From the NCBI GenBank assembly GCA_043228905.1, contig JBHGNT010000087.1, forward strand, positions 1-64,000: DNA of 64,000 bases. Reading direction: 5' to 3'. Position numbers and translations under genes: made by a program. This DNA is from Azolla caroliniana. Taxonomy: Eukaryota > Plantae > Polypodiophyta. The notes beneath the pieces are model-generated. The model had not been told where the DNA came from. It ran no database searches and saw nothing but the letters and a program-made list of their open reading frames with translations. This document shows, piece after piece, positions 27,092 to 40,770 of this stretch. The number at the start of each line of letters is the position of its first letter. Positions within the stretch are counted from its first letter, which is position 1.

Positions 27092-30000
27092 CATGTCTCT
27101 CGACCTGAGTTTCAAAATCTTGATTTTTTAATTCCATATCATAGCTAGCGTTGTTAGCTTCGAATCGCATGTTTGAACACAAAAATCCGATATCACACGA
27201 GCCAGGTATGAACATTTTCATTTACTCAAGGGCTCCCCTCAACTCACTCCTCAAATTTGCTAATTTCGTCATGTCTCTCGACCTGAGTTTCAAAATCTTG
27301 ATTTTTTAATTCCATATCATAGCTAGCGTTGTTAGCTTCGAATCGCATGTTTGAACACAAAAATCCGATATCACACGAGCCAGGTATGACCAAGTATGAC
27401 CATTTTAATTTACCTACTACCTCTTCTCAACTCACTCCTCAAATTTGGTAATTTCGTCATGTCTCTCGACCTGAGTTTCAAAATCTTGATTTTTTAATTC
27501 CATATCGTATCTAGCATTGTTACCTTCGTTTCGCATGTTTGAACACAAAAATCCGATATCACATGAGCCAGGTATGAACATTTTAATTTACCTACTAGCT
27601 CTTCTCAACTCACTCCTCAAATTTGGTAATTTCGTCATGTCTCTCGACCTGAGTTTCAAAATCTTGATTTTTTAATTCCATATCGTATCTAGCATTGTTA
27701 GCTTCGTTTCGCATGTTTGAACACAAAAATTCGATATCACACGAGCTAGGTATGAACATTTTCATTTACCTACTAGCTCTTCTCAACTCACTCCTCAAAT
27801 TTGGTAATTTCGTCATGTCTCTCGACCTGAGTTTCAAAATCTTGATTTTTTAATTCCATATCATAGCTAGCGTTGTTAGCTTCGAATCGCATGTTTGAAC
27901 ACAAAAATCCGATATCACACGAGCCAGGTATGAACATTTTCATTTACTCAAGGGCTCCTCTCAACTCACTCCTCAAATTTGCTAATTTCGTCATGTCTCT
28001 CGACCTGAGTTTCAAAATCTTGATTTTTTAATTCTATATCATAGCTAGCTTTGTTTGCTTCGATTCGCATGTTTGAACACAAAAATCAGATATCACACGA
28101 GCCAGGTAGGAACATTTTCATTTCCGAACGGGCTCTTCTCCACTCCCTCCTCTAATTTGCTAATTTCTTCATGTCTCTCGACCTGAGTTTCAAAATCTTG
28201 ATTTTTTAATTCCATATCATAGCTAGCGTTGTTAGCTTCGAATCGCATGTTTGAACACAAAAATCCGATATCACACGAGCCAGGTATGAACATTTTCATT
28301 TACTCAAGGGCTCCCCTCAACTCACTCCTCAAATTTGCTAATTTCGTCATGTCTCTCGACCTGAGTTTCAAAATCTTGATTTTTTAATTCCATATCATAG
28401 CTAGCGTTGTTAGCTTCGAATCGCATGTTTGAACACAAAAATCCGATATCACACGAGCCAGGTATGAACATTTTCATTTACTCAAGGGCTCCCCTCAACT
28501 CACTCCTCAAATTTGGTAATTTCGTCATGTCTCTCGACCTGAGTTTCAAAATCTTGATTTTTTAATTCCATATCGTATCTAGCATTGTTAGCTTCGTTTC
28601 GCATGTTTGAAAACAAAAATCCGATATCACACGAGCTAGGTATGAACATTTTCATTTACCTACTAGCTCTTCTCAACTCACTCCTCAAATTTGGTAATTT
28701 CGTCATGTCTCTCGACCTGAGTTTCAAAATCTTGATTTTTTAATTCCATATCATACCTAGCGTTCTTAGCTTCGAATCGCATGTTTGAACACAAAAATCC
28801 GATATCACACGAGCCAGGTATGAACATTTTCATTTACTCAAGGGCTCCCCTCAACTCACTCCTCAAATTTACTAATTTCCTCATGTCTCTCGACCTGAGT
28901 TTCAAAATCTTGATTTTTTAATTCTATCTCATAGCTAGCGTTGTTAGCTTCGAATCGCATGTTTGAACACAAAAATCCGATATCACACGAGCCAGGTATG
29001 AACATTTTCATTTACTCAAGGGCTCCTCTCAACTCACTACTCAAATTTGGTAATTTCGTCATGTCTCTCGACCTGAGATTCAAAATCTTGATTTTTTAAT
29101 TCCATATCATAGCTAGCGTTGTTAGCTTCGAATCGCATGTTTGAACACAAAAATCTGATGTAACACGACCCAAGTATGAACATTTTAATTTACCTACTAG
29201 CTCTTCTCCACTCACTCCTCAAATTTGGTAATTTCGTCATGTCTCTCGACCTGAGTTTCAAAATCTTGATTTTTTAATTCCATATTGTATCTAGCATTGT
29301 TAGCTTCGGTTCGCATGTTTGAACACAAAAATCCGATATCACACGAGCTAGGTATGAACATTTTCATTTACCTACTAGCTCTTCTCAACTCACTCCTCAA
29401 ATTTGGTAATTTCGTCATGTCTCTCGACCTGAGTTTCAAAATCTTGATTTTTTAATTCCATATCATAGCTAGCATTGTTAGCTTCGAATCGCATGTTTGA
29501 ACACAAAAATCCGATATCACACGAGCCAGGTATGAACATTTTCATTTACTCAAGGGCTCCCCTCAACTCACTACTCAAATTTGGTAATTTCGTCATGTCT
29601 CTCGACCTGAGTTTCAAAATCTTGATCTTTTAATTTCATATCATAGCTAGCGTTGTTAGCTTCGGTTCGCATGTTTGAACACAAAAATCCGATATCACAC
29701 GAGCCAGGTATGAACAGTTTCATTTACTCACGGCCCCTTCTCCACTCCCTCCTCAAATTTGCTAATTTCATCATGTCTCTCGACCTGAGTTTCAAAATCT
29801 TGATTTTTTAATTCTATATCATAGCTAGCTTTGTTTGCTTCGATTCGCATGTTTGAACACAAAAAGCAGATATCACACGAGCCAGGTAGGAACATTTTCA
29901 TTTCCGAACGGGCTCTTCTCCACTCCCTCCTCTAATTTGCTAATTTCTTCATGTCTCTTGACCTGAGTTTCAAAATCTTGATTTTTTAATTCCATATCAT

Positions 30001-33000
30001 AGCTAGCGTTGTTAGCTTCGAATCGCATGTTTGAACACAAAAATCCGATATCACACGAGCCAGGTATGAACATTTTCATTTACTCAAGGGCTCCTCTCAA
30101 CTCACTACTCAAATTTGCTAATTTCGTCATGTCTCTCGACCTGAGTTTCAAAATCTTGATTTTTTAATTCCATATCATAGCTAGCGTTGTTAGCTTCGAA
30201 TCGCATGTTTGAACACAAAAATCCGATATCACACGAGCCAGGTATGAACATTTTCATTTACTCAAGGGCTCCCCTCAACTCACTCCTCAAATTTGCTAAT
30301 TTCGTCATGTCTCTCGACCTGAGTTTCAAAATCTTGATTTTTTAATTCCATATCATAGCTAGCGTTGTTAGCTTCGAATCGCATGTTTGAACACAAAAAT
30401 CCGATATCACACGAGCCAGGTATGACCAAGTATGACCATTTTAATTTACCTACTACCTCTTCTCAACTCACTCCTCAAATTTGGTAATTTCGTCATGTCT
30501 CTCGACCTGAGTTTCAAAATCTTGATTTTTTAATTCCATATCGTATCTAGCATTGTTACCTTCGTTTCGCATGTTTGAACACAAAAATCCGATATCACAT
30601 GAGCCAGGTATGAACATTTTAATTTACCTACTAGCTCTTCTCAACTCACTCCTCAAATTTGGTAATTTCGTCATGTCTCTCGACCTGAGTTTCAAAATCT
30701 TGATTTTTTAATTCCATATCGTATCTAGCATTGTTAGCTTCGTTTCGCATGTTTGAACACAAAAATTCGATATCACACGAGCTAGGTATGAACATTTTCA
30801 TTTACCTACTAGCTCTTCTCAACTCACTCCTCAAATTTGGTAATTTCGTCATGTCTCTCGACCTGAGTTTCAAAATCTTGATTTTTTAATTCCATATCAT
30901 AGCTAGCGTTGTTAGCTTCGAATCGCATGTTTGAACACAAAAATCCGATATCACACGAGCCAGGTATGAACATTTTCATTTACTCAAGGGCTCCTCTCAA
31001 CTCACTCCTCAAATTTGCTAATTTCGTCATGTCTCTCGACCTGAGTTTCAAAATCTTGATTTTTTAATTCTATATCATAGCTAGCTTTGTTTGCTTCGAT
31101 TCGCATGTTTGAACACAAAAATCAGATATCACACGAGCCAGGTAGGAACATTTTCATTTCCGAACGGGCTCTTCTCCACTCCCTCCTCTAATTTGCTAAT
31201 TTCTTCATGTCTCTCGACCTGAGTTTCAAAATCTTGATTTTTTAATTCCATATCATAGCTAGCGTTGTTAGCTTCGAATCGCATGTTTGAACACAAAAAT
31301 CCGATATCACACGAGCCAGGTATGAACATTTTCATTTACTCAAGGGCTCCCCTCAACTCACTCCTCAAATTTGCTAATTTCGTCATGTCTCTCGACCTGA
31401 GTTTCAAAATCTTGATTTTTTAATTCCATATCATAGCTAGCGTTGTTAGCTTCGAATCGCATGTTTGAACACAAAAATCCGATATCACACGAGCCAGGTA
31501 TGAACATTTTCATTTACTCAAGGGCTCCCCTCAACTCACTCCTCAAATTTGGTAATTTCGTCATGTCTCTCGACCTGAGTTTCAAAATCTTGATTTTTTA
31601 ATTCCATATCGTATCTAGCATTGTTAGCTTCGTTTCGCATGTTTGAAAACAAAAATCCGATATCACACGAGCTAGGTATGAACATTTTCATTTACCTACT
31701 AGCTCTTCTCAACTCACTCCTCAAATTTGGTAATTTCGTCATGTCTCTCGACCTGAGTTTCAAAATCTTGATTTTTTAATTCCATATCATAGCTAGCGTT
31801 CTTAGCTTCGAATCGCATGTTTGAACACAAAAATCCGATATCACACGAGCCAGGTATGAACATTTTCATTTACTCAAGGGCTCCCCTCAACTCACTCCTC
31901 AAATTTACTAATTTCCTCATGTCTCTCGACCTGAGTTTCAAAATCTTGATTTTTTAATTCTATCTCATAGCTAGCGTTGTTAGCTTCGAATCGCATGTTT
32001 GAACACAAAAATCCGATATCACACGAGCCAGGTATGAACATTTTCATTTACTCAAGGGCTCCTCTCAACTCACTACTCAAATTTGGTAATTTCGTCATGT
32101 CTCTCGACCTGAGATTCAAAATCTTGATTTTTTAATTCCATATCATAGCTAGCGTTGTTAGCTTCGAATCGCATGTTTGAACACAAAAATCTGATGTAAC
32201 ACGACCCAAGTATGAACATTTTAATTTACCTACTAGCTCTTCTCCACTCACTCCTCAAATTTGGTAATTTCGTCATGTCTCTCGACCTGAGTTTCAAAAT
32301 CTTTATTTTTTAATTCCATATTGTATCTAGCATTGTTAGCTTCGGTTCGCATGTTTGAACACAAAAATCCGATATCACACGAGCTAGGTATGAACATTTT
32401 CATTTACCTACTAGCTCTTCTCAACTCACTCCTCAAATTTGGTAATTTCGTCATGTCTCTCGACCTGAGTTTCAAAATCTTGATTTTTTAATTCCATATC
32501 ATAGCTAGCATTGTTAGCTTCGAATCGCATGTTTGAACACAAAAATCCGATATCACACGAGCCAGGTATGAACATTTTCATTTACTCAAGGGCTCCCCTC
32601 AACTCACTACTCAAATTTGGTAATTTCGTCATGTCTCTCGACCTGAGTTTCAAAATCTTGATCTTTTAATTTCATATCATAGCTAGCGTTGTTAGCTTCG
32701 GTTCGCATGTTTGAACCCAAAAATCCGATATCACACGAGCCAGGTATGAACAGTTTCATTTACTCACGGCCCCTTCTCCACTCCCTCCTCAAATTTGCTA
32801 ATTTCATCATGTCTCTCGACCTGAGTTTCAAAATCTTGATTTTTTAATTCTATATCATAGCTAGCTTTGTTTGCTTCGATTCGCATGTTTGAACACAAAA
32901 AGCAGATATCACACGAGCCAGGTAGGAACATTTTCATTTCCGAACGGGCTCTTCTCCACTCCCTCCTCTAATTTGCTAATTTCTTCATGTCTCTTGACCT

Positions 33001-33163
33001 GAGTTTCAAAATCTTGATTTTTTAATTCCATATCATAGCTAGCGTTGTTAGCTTCGAATCGCATGTTTGAACACAAAAATCCGATATCACACGAGCCAGG
33101 TATGAACATTTTCATTTACTCAAGGGCTCCTCTCAACTCACTACTCAAATTTGCTAATTTCGT
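27092..33163 (+). repeat. Tandem duplication of a 17-monomer block (3036 bp)
   Basis: The 10-bp insertion lies at 27388 and 30424, and the divergent monomers at 28121/31157 and 29901/32937. The ORF track pairs are 28093/31129 and 29873/32909. All offsets equal 3036 = 17x178+10. Confidence 0.95.
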
Positions 33164-33697
33164 CATGTCTCTCGACCTGAGTTTCAAAATCTTGATTTTT
33201 TAATTCCATATCATAGCTAGCGTTGTTAGCTTCGAATCGCATGTTTGAACACAAAAATCTGATATCACACGACCGAAGTATGAACATTTTAATTTACCTA
33301 CTAGCTCTTCTCAACTCACTCCTCAAATTTGGTAATTTCGTCATGTCTCTCGACCTGAGTTTCAAAATCTTGATTTTTTAATTCCATATCGTATCTAGCA
33401 TTGTTAGCTTCGTTTCGCATGTTTGAAAACAAAAATCCGATATCACACGAGCTAGGTATGAACATTTTCATTTACCTACTAGCTCTTCTCAACTCACTCC
33501 TCAAATTTGGTAATTTCGTCATGTCTCTCGACCTGAGTTTCAAAATCTTGATTTTTTAATTCCATATCGTATCTAGCATTGTTACCTTCGTTTCGCATGT
33601 TTGAACACAAAAATCCGATATCACACGAGCCAGGTATGAACATTTTCATTTACTCAAGGGCTCCCCTCAACTCACTCCTCAAATTTGGTAATTTCGT

Positions 33698-34765
33698 CAT
33701 GTCTCTCGACCTGAGTTTCAAAATCTTGATTTTTTAATTCCATATCGTATCTAGCATTGTTAGCTTTGTTTCGCATGTTTGAAAACAAAAATCCGATATC
33801 ACACGAGCTAGGTATGAACATTTTCATTTACCTACTAGCTCTTCTCAACTCACTCCTCAAATTTGGTAATTTCGTCATATCTCTCGACCTGAGTTTCAAA
33901 ATCTTGATTTTTTAATTCCATATCATAGCTAGCGTTGTTAGCTTCGAATCGCATGTTTGAACACAAAAATCCGATATCACACGAGCCAGGTATGAACATT
34001 TTCATTTACTCAAGGGCTCCTCTCAACTCACTCCTCAAATTTGGTAATTTCGTCATGTCTCTCGACCTGAGTTTCAAAATCTTGATTTTTTAATTCCATA
34101 TCATAGCTAGCGTTCTTAGCTTCGAATCGCATGTTTGAACACAAAAATCCGATATCACACGAGCCAGGTATGAACATTTTCATTTACTCAAGGGCTCCCC
34201 TCAACTCACTCCTCAAATTTACTAATTTCCTCATGTCTCTCGACCTGAGTTTCAAAATCTTGATTTTTTAATTCCATATCGTATCTAGCATTGTTAGCTT
34301 TGTTTCGCATGTTTGAAAACAAAAATCCGATATCACACGAGCTAGGTATGAACATTTTCATTTACCTACTAGCTCTTCTCAACTCACTCCTCAAATTTGG
34401 TAATTTCGTCATATCTCTCGACCTGAGTTTCAAAATCTTGATTTTTTAATTCCATATCATAGCTAGCGTTGTTAGCTTCGAATCGCATGTTTGAACACAA
34501 AAATCCGATATCACACGAGCCAGGTATGAACATTTTCATTTACTCAAGGGCTCCTCTCAACTCACTCCTCAAATTTGGTAATTTCGTCATGTCTCTCGAC
34601 CTGAGTTTCAAAATCTTGATTTTTTAATTCCATATCATAGCTAGCGTTCTTAGCTTCGAATCGCATGTTTGAACACAAAAATCCGATATCACACGAGCCA
34701 GGTATGAACATTTTCATTTACTCAAGGGCTCCCCTCAACTCACTCCTCAAATTTACTAATTTCCT
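33698..34765 (+). repeat. Tandem duplication of a 3-monomer block (534 bp)
   Basis: The private variant CATATCTCTC occurs at 33876 and 34410. The TAGCTTTGTT..GAAAAC and GTTCTT..TTTACTAATTTCC monomers repeat at the same 534 offset. Confidence 0.9.
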
Positions 34766-35975
34766 CATGTCTCTCGACCTGAGTTTCAAAATCTTGATTT
34801 TTTAATTCTATCTCATAGCTAGCGTTGTTAGCTTCGAATCGCATGTTTGAACACAAAAATCCGATATCACACGAGCCAGGTATGAACATTTTCATTTACT
34901 CAAGGGCTCCTCTCAACTCACTACTCAAATTTGGTAATTTCGTCATGTCTCTCGACCTGAGATTCAAAATCTTGATTTTTTAATTCCATATCATAGCTAG
35001 CGTTGTTAGCTTCGAATCGCATGTTTGAACACAAAAATCTGATGTAACACGACCCAAGTATGAACATTTTAATTTACCTACTAGCTCTTCTCCACTCACT
35101 CCTCAAATTTGGTAATTTCGTCATGTCTCTCGACCTGAGTTTCAAAATCTTTATTTTTTAATTCCATATTGTATCTAGCATTGTTAGCTTCGGTTCGCAT
35201 GTTTGAACACAAAAATCCGATATCACACGAGCTAGGTATGAACATTTTCATTTACCTACTAGCTCTTCTCAACTCACTCCTCAAATTTGGTAATTTCGTC
35301 ATGTCTCTCGACCTGAGTTTCAAAATCTTGATTTTTTAATTCCATATCATAGCTAGCATTGTTAGCTTCGAATCGCATGTTTGAACACAAAAATCCGATA
35401 TCACACGAGCCAGGTATGAACATTTTCATTTACTCAAGGGCTCCCCTCAACTCACTACTCAAATTTGGTAATTTCGTCATGTCTCTCGACCTGAGTTTCA
35501 AAATCTTGATCTTTTAATTTCATATCATAGCTAGCGTTGTTAGCTTCGGTTCGCATGTTTGAACCCAAAAATCCGATATCACACGAGCCAGGTATGAACA
35601 GTTTCATTTACTCACGGCCCCTTCTCCACTCCCTCCTCAAATTTGCTAATTTCATCATGTCTCTCGACCTGAGTTTCAAAATCTTGATTTTTTAATTCTA
35701 TATCATAGCTAGCTTTGTTTGCTTCGATTCGCATGTTTGAACACAAAAAGCAGATATCACACGAGCCAGGTAGGAACATTTTCATTTCCGAACGGGCTCT
35801 TCTCCACTCCCTCCTCTAATTTGCTAATTTCTTCATGTCTCTTGACCTGAGTTTCAAAATCTTGATTTTTTAATTCCATATCATAGCTAGCGTTGTTAGC
35901 TTCGAATCGCATGTTTGAACACAAAAATCCGATATCACACGAGCCAGGTATGAACATTTTCATTTACTCAAGGGC
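34588..35975 (+). repeat. Third, partial (~8-monomer) copy of the divergent-monomer block, offset 2848 bp (16 monomers) from 31740-33127
   Basis: CTGATGTAAC, CTTTATTTTT, GAACCCAAAA, ACTCACGGCCCC and TTTCCGAACGGG variants all recur at +2848. ORF 32909 recurs at 35757. Confidence 0.9.
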
Positions 35976-38900
35976 TCCCCTCAACTCACTCCTCAAATTT
36001 GCTAATTTCGTCATGTCTCTCAACCTGAGTTTCAAAATCTTGATTTTTTAATTCCATATCATAGCTAGCATTGTTAGCTTCGAATCGCATGTTTGAACAC
36101 AAAAATCCGATATCACACGAGCCAGGTATGAACATTTTCATTTACTCAAGGGCTCCCCTCAACTCACTCCTCAAATTTACTAATTTCCTCATGTCTCTCG
36201 ACCTGAGTTTCAAAATCTTGATTTTTTAATTCTATCTCATAGCTAGCGTTGTTAGCTTCGATTCGCATATTTGAACACAAAAATCCGATATCACACGAGC
36301 CAGGTATGAACATTTTCATTTACTCAAGGGCTCCTCTCAACTCACTACTGAAATTTGGTAATTTCGTCATGTCTCTCGACCTGAGTTTCAAAATCTTCAT
36401 CTTTTAATTTCATATCATAGCTAGCGTTGTTAGCTTCGTTTCGCATGTTTGAACACAAAAATCCGATATCACACGAGCTAGGTATGAACATTTTCATTTA
36501 CCTACTAGCTCTTCTCAACTCACTCCTCAAATTTGGTAATTTCGTCATGTCTCTCGACCTGAGTTTCAAAATCTTGATTTTTTAATTCCATATCATAGCT
36601 AGCGTTGTTAGCTTCGAATCGCATGTTTGAACACAAAAATCCGATATCACACGAGCCAGGTATGAACATTTTCATTTACTCAAGGGCTCCTCTCAACTCA
36701 CTCCTCAAATTTGGTAATTTCGTCATGTCTCTCGAGCTGAGTTTCAAAATCTTGACTTTTTAATTCCATATCATAGCTAGCGATGTTAGCTTCGTTTCGC
36801 ATGTTTGAACACAAAAATCCGATATAACACGAGCCAGGTATGAACATTTTCATTTACCTACTAGCTCTTCTCAACTCACTCCTCAAATTTGCTAATTTCC
36901 TCATGTCTCTCGACCTGAGTTTCAAAATCTTGATTTTTTAATTCCATATCATAGCTAGCGTTCTTAGCTTCGAATCGCATGTTTGAACACAAAAATCCGA
37001 TATCACACGAGCCAGGTATGAACATTTTCATTTACTCAAGGGCTCCCCTCAACTCACTCCTCAAATTTGCTAATTTCCTCATGTCTCTCAACCTGAGTTT
37101 CAAAATCTTGATTTTTTAATTCCATATCATAGCTAGCATTGTTAGCTTCGATTCGCATGTTTGAACACAAAAATCCGATATCACACGAGCCAGGTATGAA
37201 CATTTTCATTTACTCAAGGGCTCCTCTCAACTCACTACTCAAATTTGGTAATTTCGTCATGTCTCTCGACCTGAGATTCAAAATCTTGATTTTTTAATTC
37301 CATATCATAGCTAGCATTGTTAGCTTCGAATCGCATGTTTGAACACAAAAATCCGATATCACACGAGCCAGGTATGAACATTTTCATTTACTCAAGGGCT
37401 CCCCTCAACTCACTCCTCAAATTTACTAATTTCCTCATGTCTCTCGACCTGAGTTTCAAAATCTTGATTTTTTAATTCTATCTCATAGCTAGCGTTGTTA
37501 TCTTCGATTCGCATGTTTGAACACAAAAATCCGATATCACACGAGCCAGGTATGAACATTTTCATTTACTCAAGGGCTCCTCTCAACTCACTACTGAAAT
37601 TTGGTAATTTCGTCATGTCTCTCGACCCGAGTTTCAAAATCTTCATCTTTTAATTTCATATCATAGCTAGCGTTGTTAGCTTCGTTTCGCATGTTTGAAC
37701 ACAAAAATCCGATATCACACGAGCTAGGTATGAACATTTTCATTTACCTACTAGGTCTTCTCAACTCACTCCTCAAATTTGGTAATTTCGTCATGTCTCT
37801 CGACCTGAGTTTCAAAATCTTGATTTTTTAATTCCATATCATAGCTAGCGTTGTTAGCTTCGAATCGCATGTTTGAACACAAAAATCCGATATCACACGA
37901 GCCAGGTATGAACATTTTCATTTACTCAAGGGCTCCTCTCAACTCACTCCTCAAATTTGCTAATTTCGTCATGTCTCTCGACCTGAGTTTCAAAATCTTG
38001 ACTTTTTAATTCCATATCATAGCTAGCGATGTTAGCTTCGTTTCGCATGTTTGAACACAAAAATCCGATATCACACGAGCCAGGTATGAACATTTTCATT
38101 TACCTACTAGCTCTTCTCAACTCACTCCTCAAATTTGCTAATTTCGTCATGTCTCTCGACCTGAGTTTCAAAATCTTGATTTTTTAATTCCATATCATAG
38201 CTAGCGTTCTTAGCTTCGAATCGCATGTTTGAACACAAAAATCCGATATCACACGAGCCAGGTATGAACATTTTCATTTACTCAAGGGCTCCCCTCAACT
38301 CACTCCTCAAATTTGCTAATTTCCTCATGTCTCTCGACCTGAGTTTCAAAATCTTGATTTTTTAATTCCATATCATAGCTAGCATTGTTAGCTTCGAATC
38401 GCATGTTTGAACACAAAAATCCGATATCACACGAGCCAGGTATGAACATTTTCATTTACTCAAGGGCTCCTCTCAACTCACTACTCAAATTTGGTAATTT
38501 CGTCATGTCTCTCGACCTGAGATTCAAAATCTTGATTTTTTAATTCCATAACATAGCTAGCGTTGTTAGCTTCGAATCGCATGTTTAAACGCAAAAATCT
38601 GATATCACACGACCCAAGTATGAACATTTTAATTTACCTACTAGCTCTTCTCCACTCACTCCTCAAATTTGGTAATTTCGTCATGTCTCTCGACCTGAGT
38701 TTCAAAATCTTGATTTTTTAATTCCATATCGTATCTAGCATTGTTACCTTCGTTTCGCATGTTTGAACACAAAAATCCGATATCACACGAGCCAGGTATG
38801 AACATTTTCATTTACTCAAGGGCTCCCCTCAACTCACTCCTCAAATTTGGTAATTTCGTCATGTCTCTCGACCTGAGTTTCAAAATCTTGATTTTTTAAT

Positions 38901-40770
38901 TCCATATCGTATCTAGCATTGTTAGCTTTGTTTCGCATGTTTGAAAACAAAAATCCGATATCACACGAGCTAGGTATGAACATTTTCATTTACCTACTAG
39001 CTCTTCTCAACTCACTCCTCAAATTTGGTAATTTCGTCATATCTCTCGACCTGAGTTTCAAAATCTTGATTTTTTAATTCCATATCATAGCTAGCGTTGT
39101 TAGCTTCGAATCGCATGTTTGAACACAAAAATCCGATATCACACGAGCCAGGTATGAACATTTTCATTTACTCAAGGGCTCCTCTCAACTCACTACTGAA
39201 ATTTGGTAATTTCGTCATGTCTCTCGACCTGAGTTTCAAAATCTTCATCTTTTAATTTCATATCATAGCTAGCGTTGTTAGCTTCGTTTCGCATGTTTGA
39301 ACACAAAAACCCGATATCACACGAGCTAGGTATGAACATTTTCATTTACCTACTAGGTCTTCTCAACTCACTCCTCAAATTTGGTAATTTCGTCATGTCT
39401 CTCGACCTGAGTTTCAAAATCTTGATTTTTTAATTCCATATCATAGCTAGCGTTGTTAGCTTCGAATCGCATGTTTGAACACAAAAATCCGATATCACAC
39501 GAGCCAGGTATGAACATTTTCATTTACTCAAGGGCTCCTCTCAACTCACTCCTCAAATTTGCTAATTTCGTCATGTCTCTCGACCTGAGTTTCAAAATCT
39601 TGACTTTTTAATTTTATATCATAGCTAGCGATGTTAGCTTCGTTTCGCATGTTTGAATACAAAAATCCGATATCACACGAGCCAGGTATGAACATTTTCA
39701 TTTACCTACTAGCTCTTCTCAACTCACTCCTCAAATTTGCTAATTTCGTCATGTCTCTCGACCTGAGTTTCAAAATCTTGATTTTTTAATTCCATATCAT
39801 AGCTAGCGTTGTTAGCTTCGAATCGCATGTTTGAACACAAAAATCCGATATCACACGAGCCAGGTATGAACATTTTCATTTACTCAAGGGCTCCCCTCAA
39901 CTCACTCCTCAAATTTGCTAATTTCGTCATGTCTCTCAACCTGAGTTTCAAAATCTTGATTTTTTAATTCCATATCATAGCTAGCATTGTTAGCTTCGAA
40001 TCGCATGTTTGAACACAAAAATCCGATATCACACGAGCCAGGTATGAACATTTTCATTTACTCAAGGGCTCCCCTCAACTCACTCCTCAAATTTACTAAT
40101 TTCCTCATGTCTCTCGACCTGAGTTTCAAAATCTTGATTTTTTAATTCTATCTCATAGCTAGCGTTGTTAGCTTCGATTCGCATATTTGAACACAAAAAT
40201 CCGATATCACACGATCCAGGTATGAACATTTTCATTTACTCAAGGGCTCCTCTCAACTCACTACTGAAATTTGGTAATTTCGTCATGTCTCTCGACCTGA
40301 GTTTCAAAATCTTCATCTTTTAATTTCATATCATAGCTAGCGTTGTTAGCTTCGTTTCGCATGTTTGAACACAAAAATCCGATATCACACGAGCTAGGTA
40401 TGAACATTTTCATTTACCTACTAGCTCTTCTCAACTCACTCCTCAAATTTGGTAATTTCGTCATGTCTCTCGACCTGAGTTTCAAAATCTTGATTTTTTA
40501 ATTCCATATCATAGCTAGCGTTGTTAGCTTCGAATCGCATGTTTGAACACAAAAATCCGATATCACACGAGCCAGGTATGAACATTTTCATTTACTCAAG
40601 GGCTCCTCTCAACTCACTCCTCAAATTTGGTAATTTCGTCATGTCTCTCGAGCTGAGTTTCAAAATCTTGACTTTTTAATTCCATATCATAGCTAGCGAT
40701 GTTAGCTTCGTTTCGCATGTTTGAACACAAAAATCCGATATCACACGAGCCAGGTATGAACATTTTCATT
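35834..40770 (+). repeat. Non-adjacent duplication of ~5-6 monomers at a 3916-bp (22-monomer) offset
   Basis: Private variants GCATATTTG at 36265/40181 and CTCGAGCTGA at 36731/40647 both have offset 3916 = 22x178. The intervening monomers are different. Confidence 0.85.

Noticed and set aside
28116-28133. CENP-B-box-like string TTCATTTCCGAACGGG in the divergent monomer
   Set aside because: It does not fit the TTCGNNNNANNCGGG core: the first CG is missing, the spacing is wrong and the conserved A is absent. It occurs in only five monomers.
28093-35963. Five near-identical 68-aa minus-strand ORFs (MKMFIPGSCDIG...)
   Set aside because: They lie entirely in satellite monomers and are open only because the divergent monomer happens to remove stop codons. 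Their spacing simply follows the block duplications. I recognise no domain or gene context.
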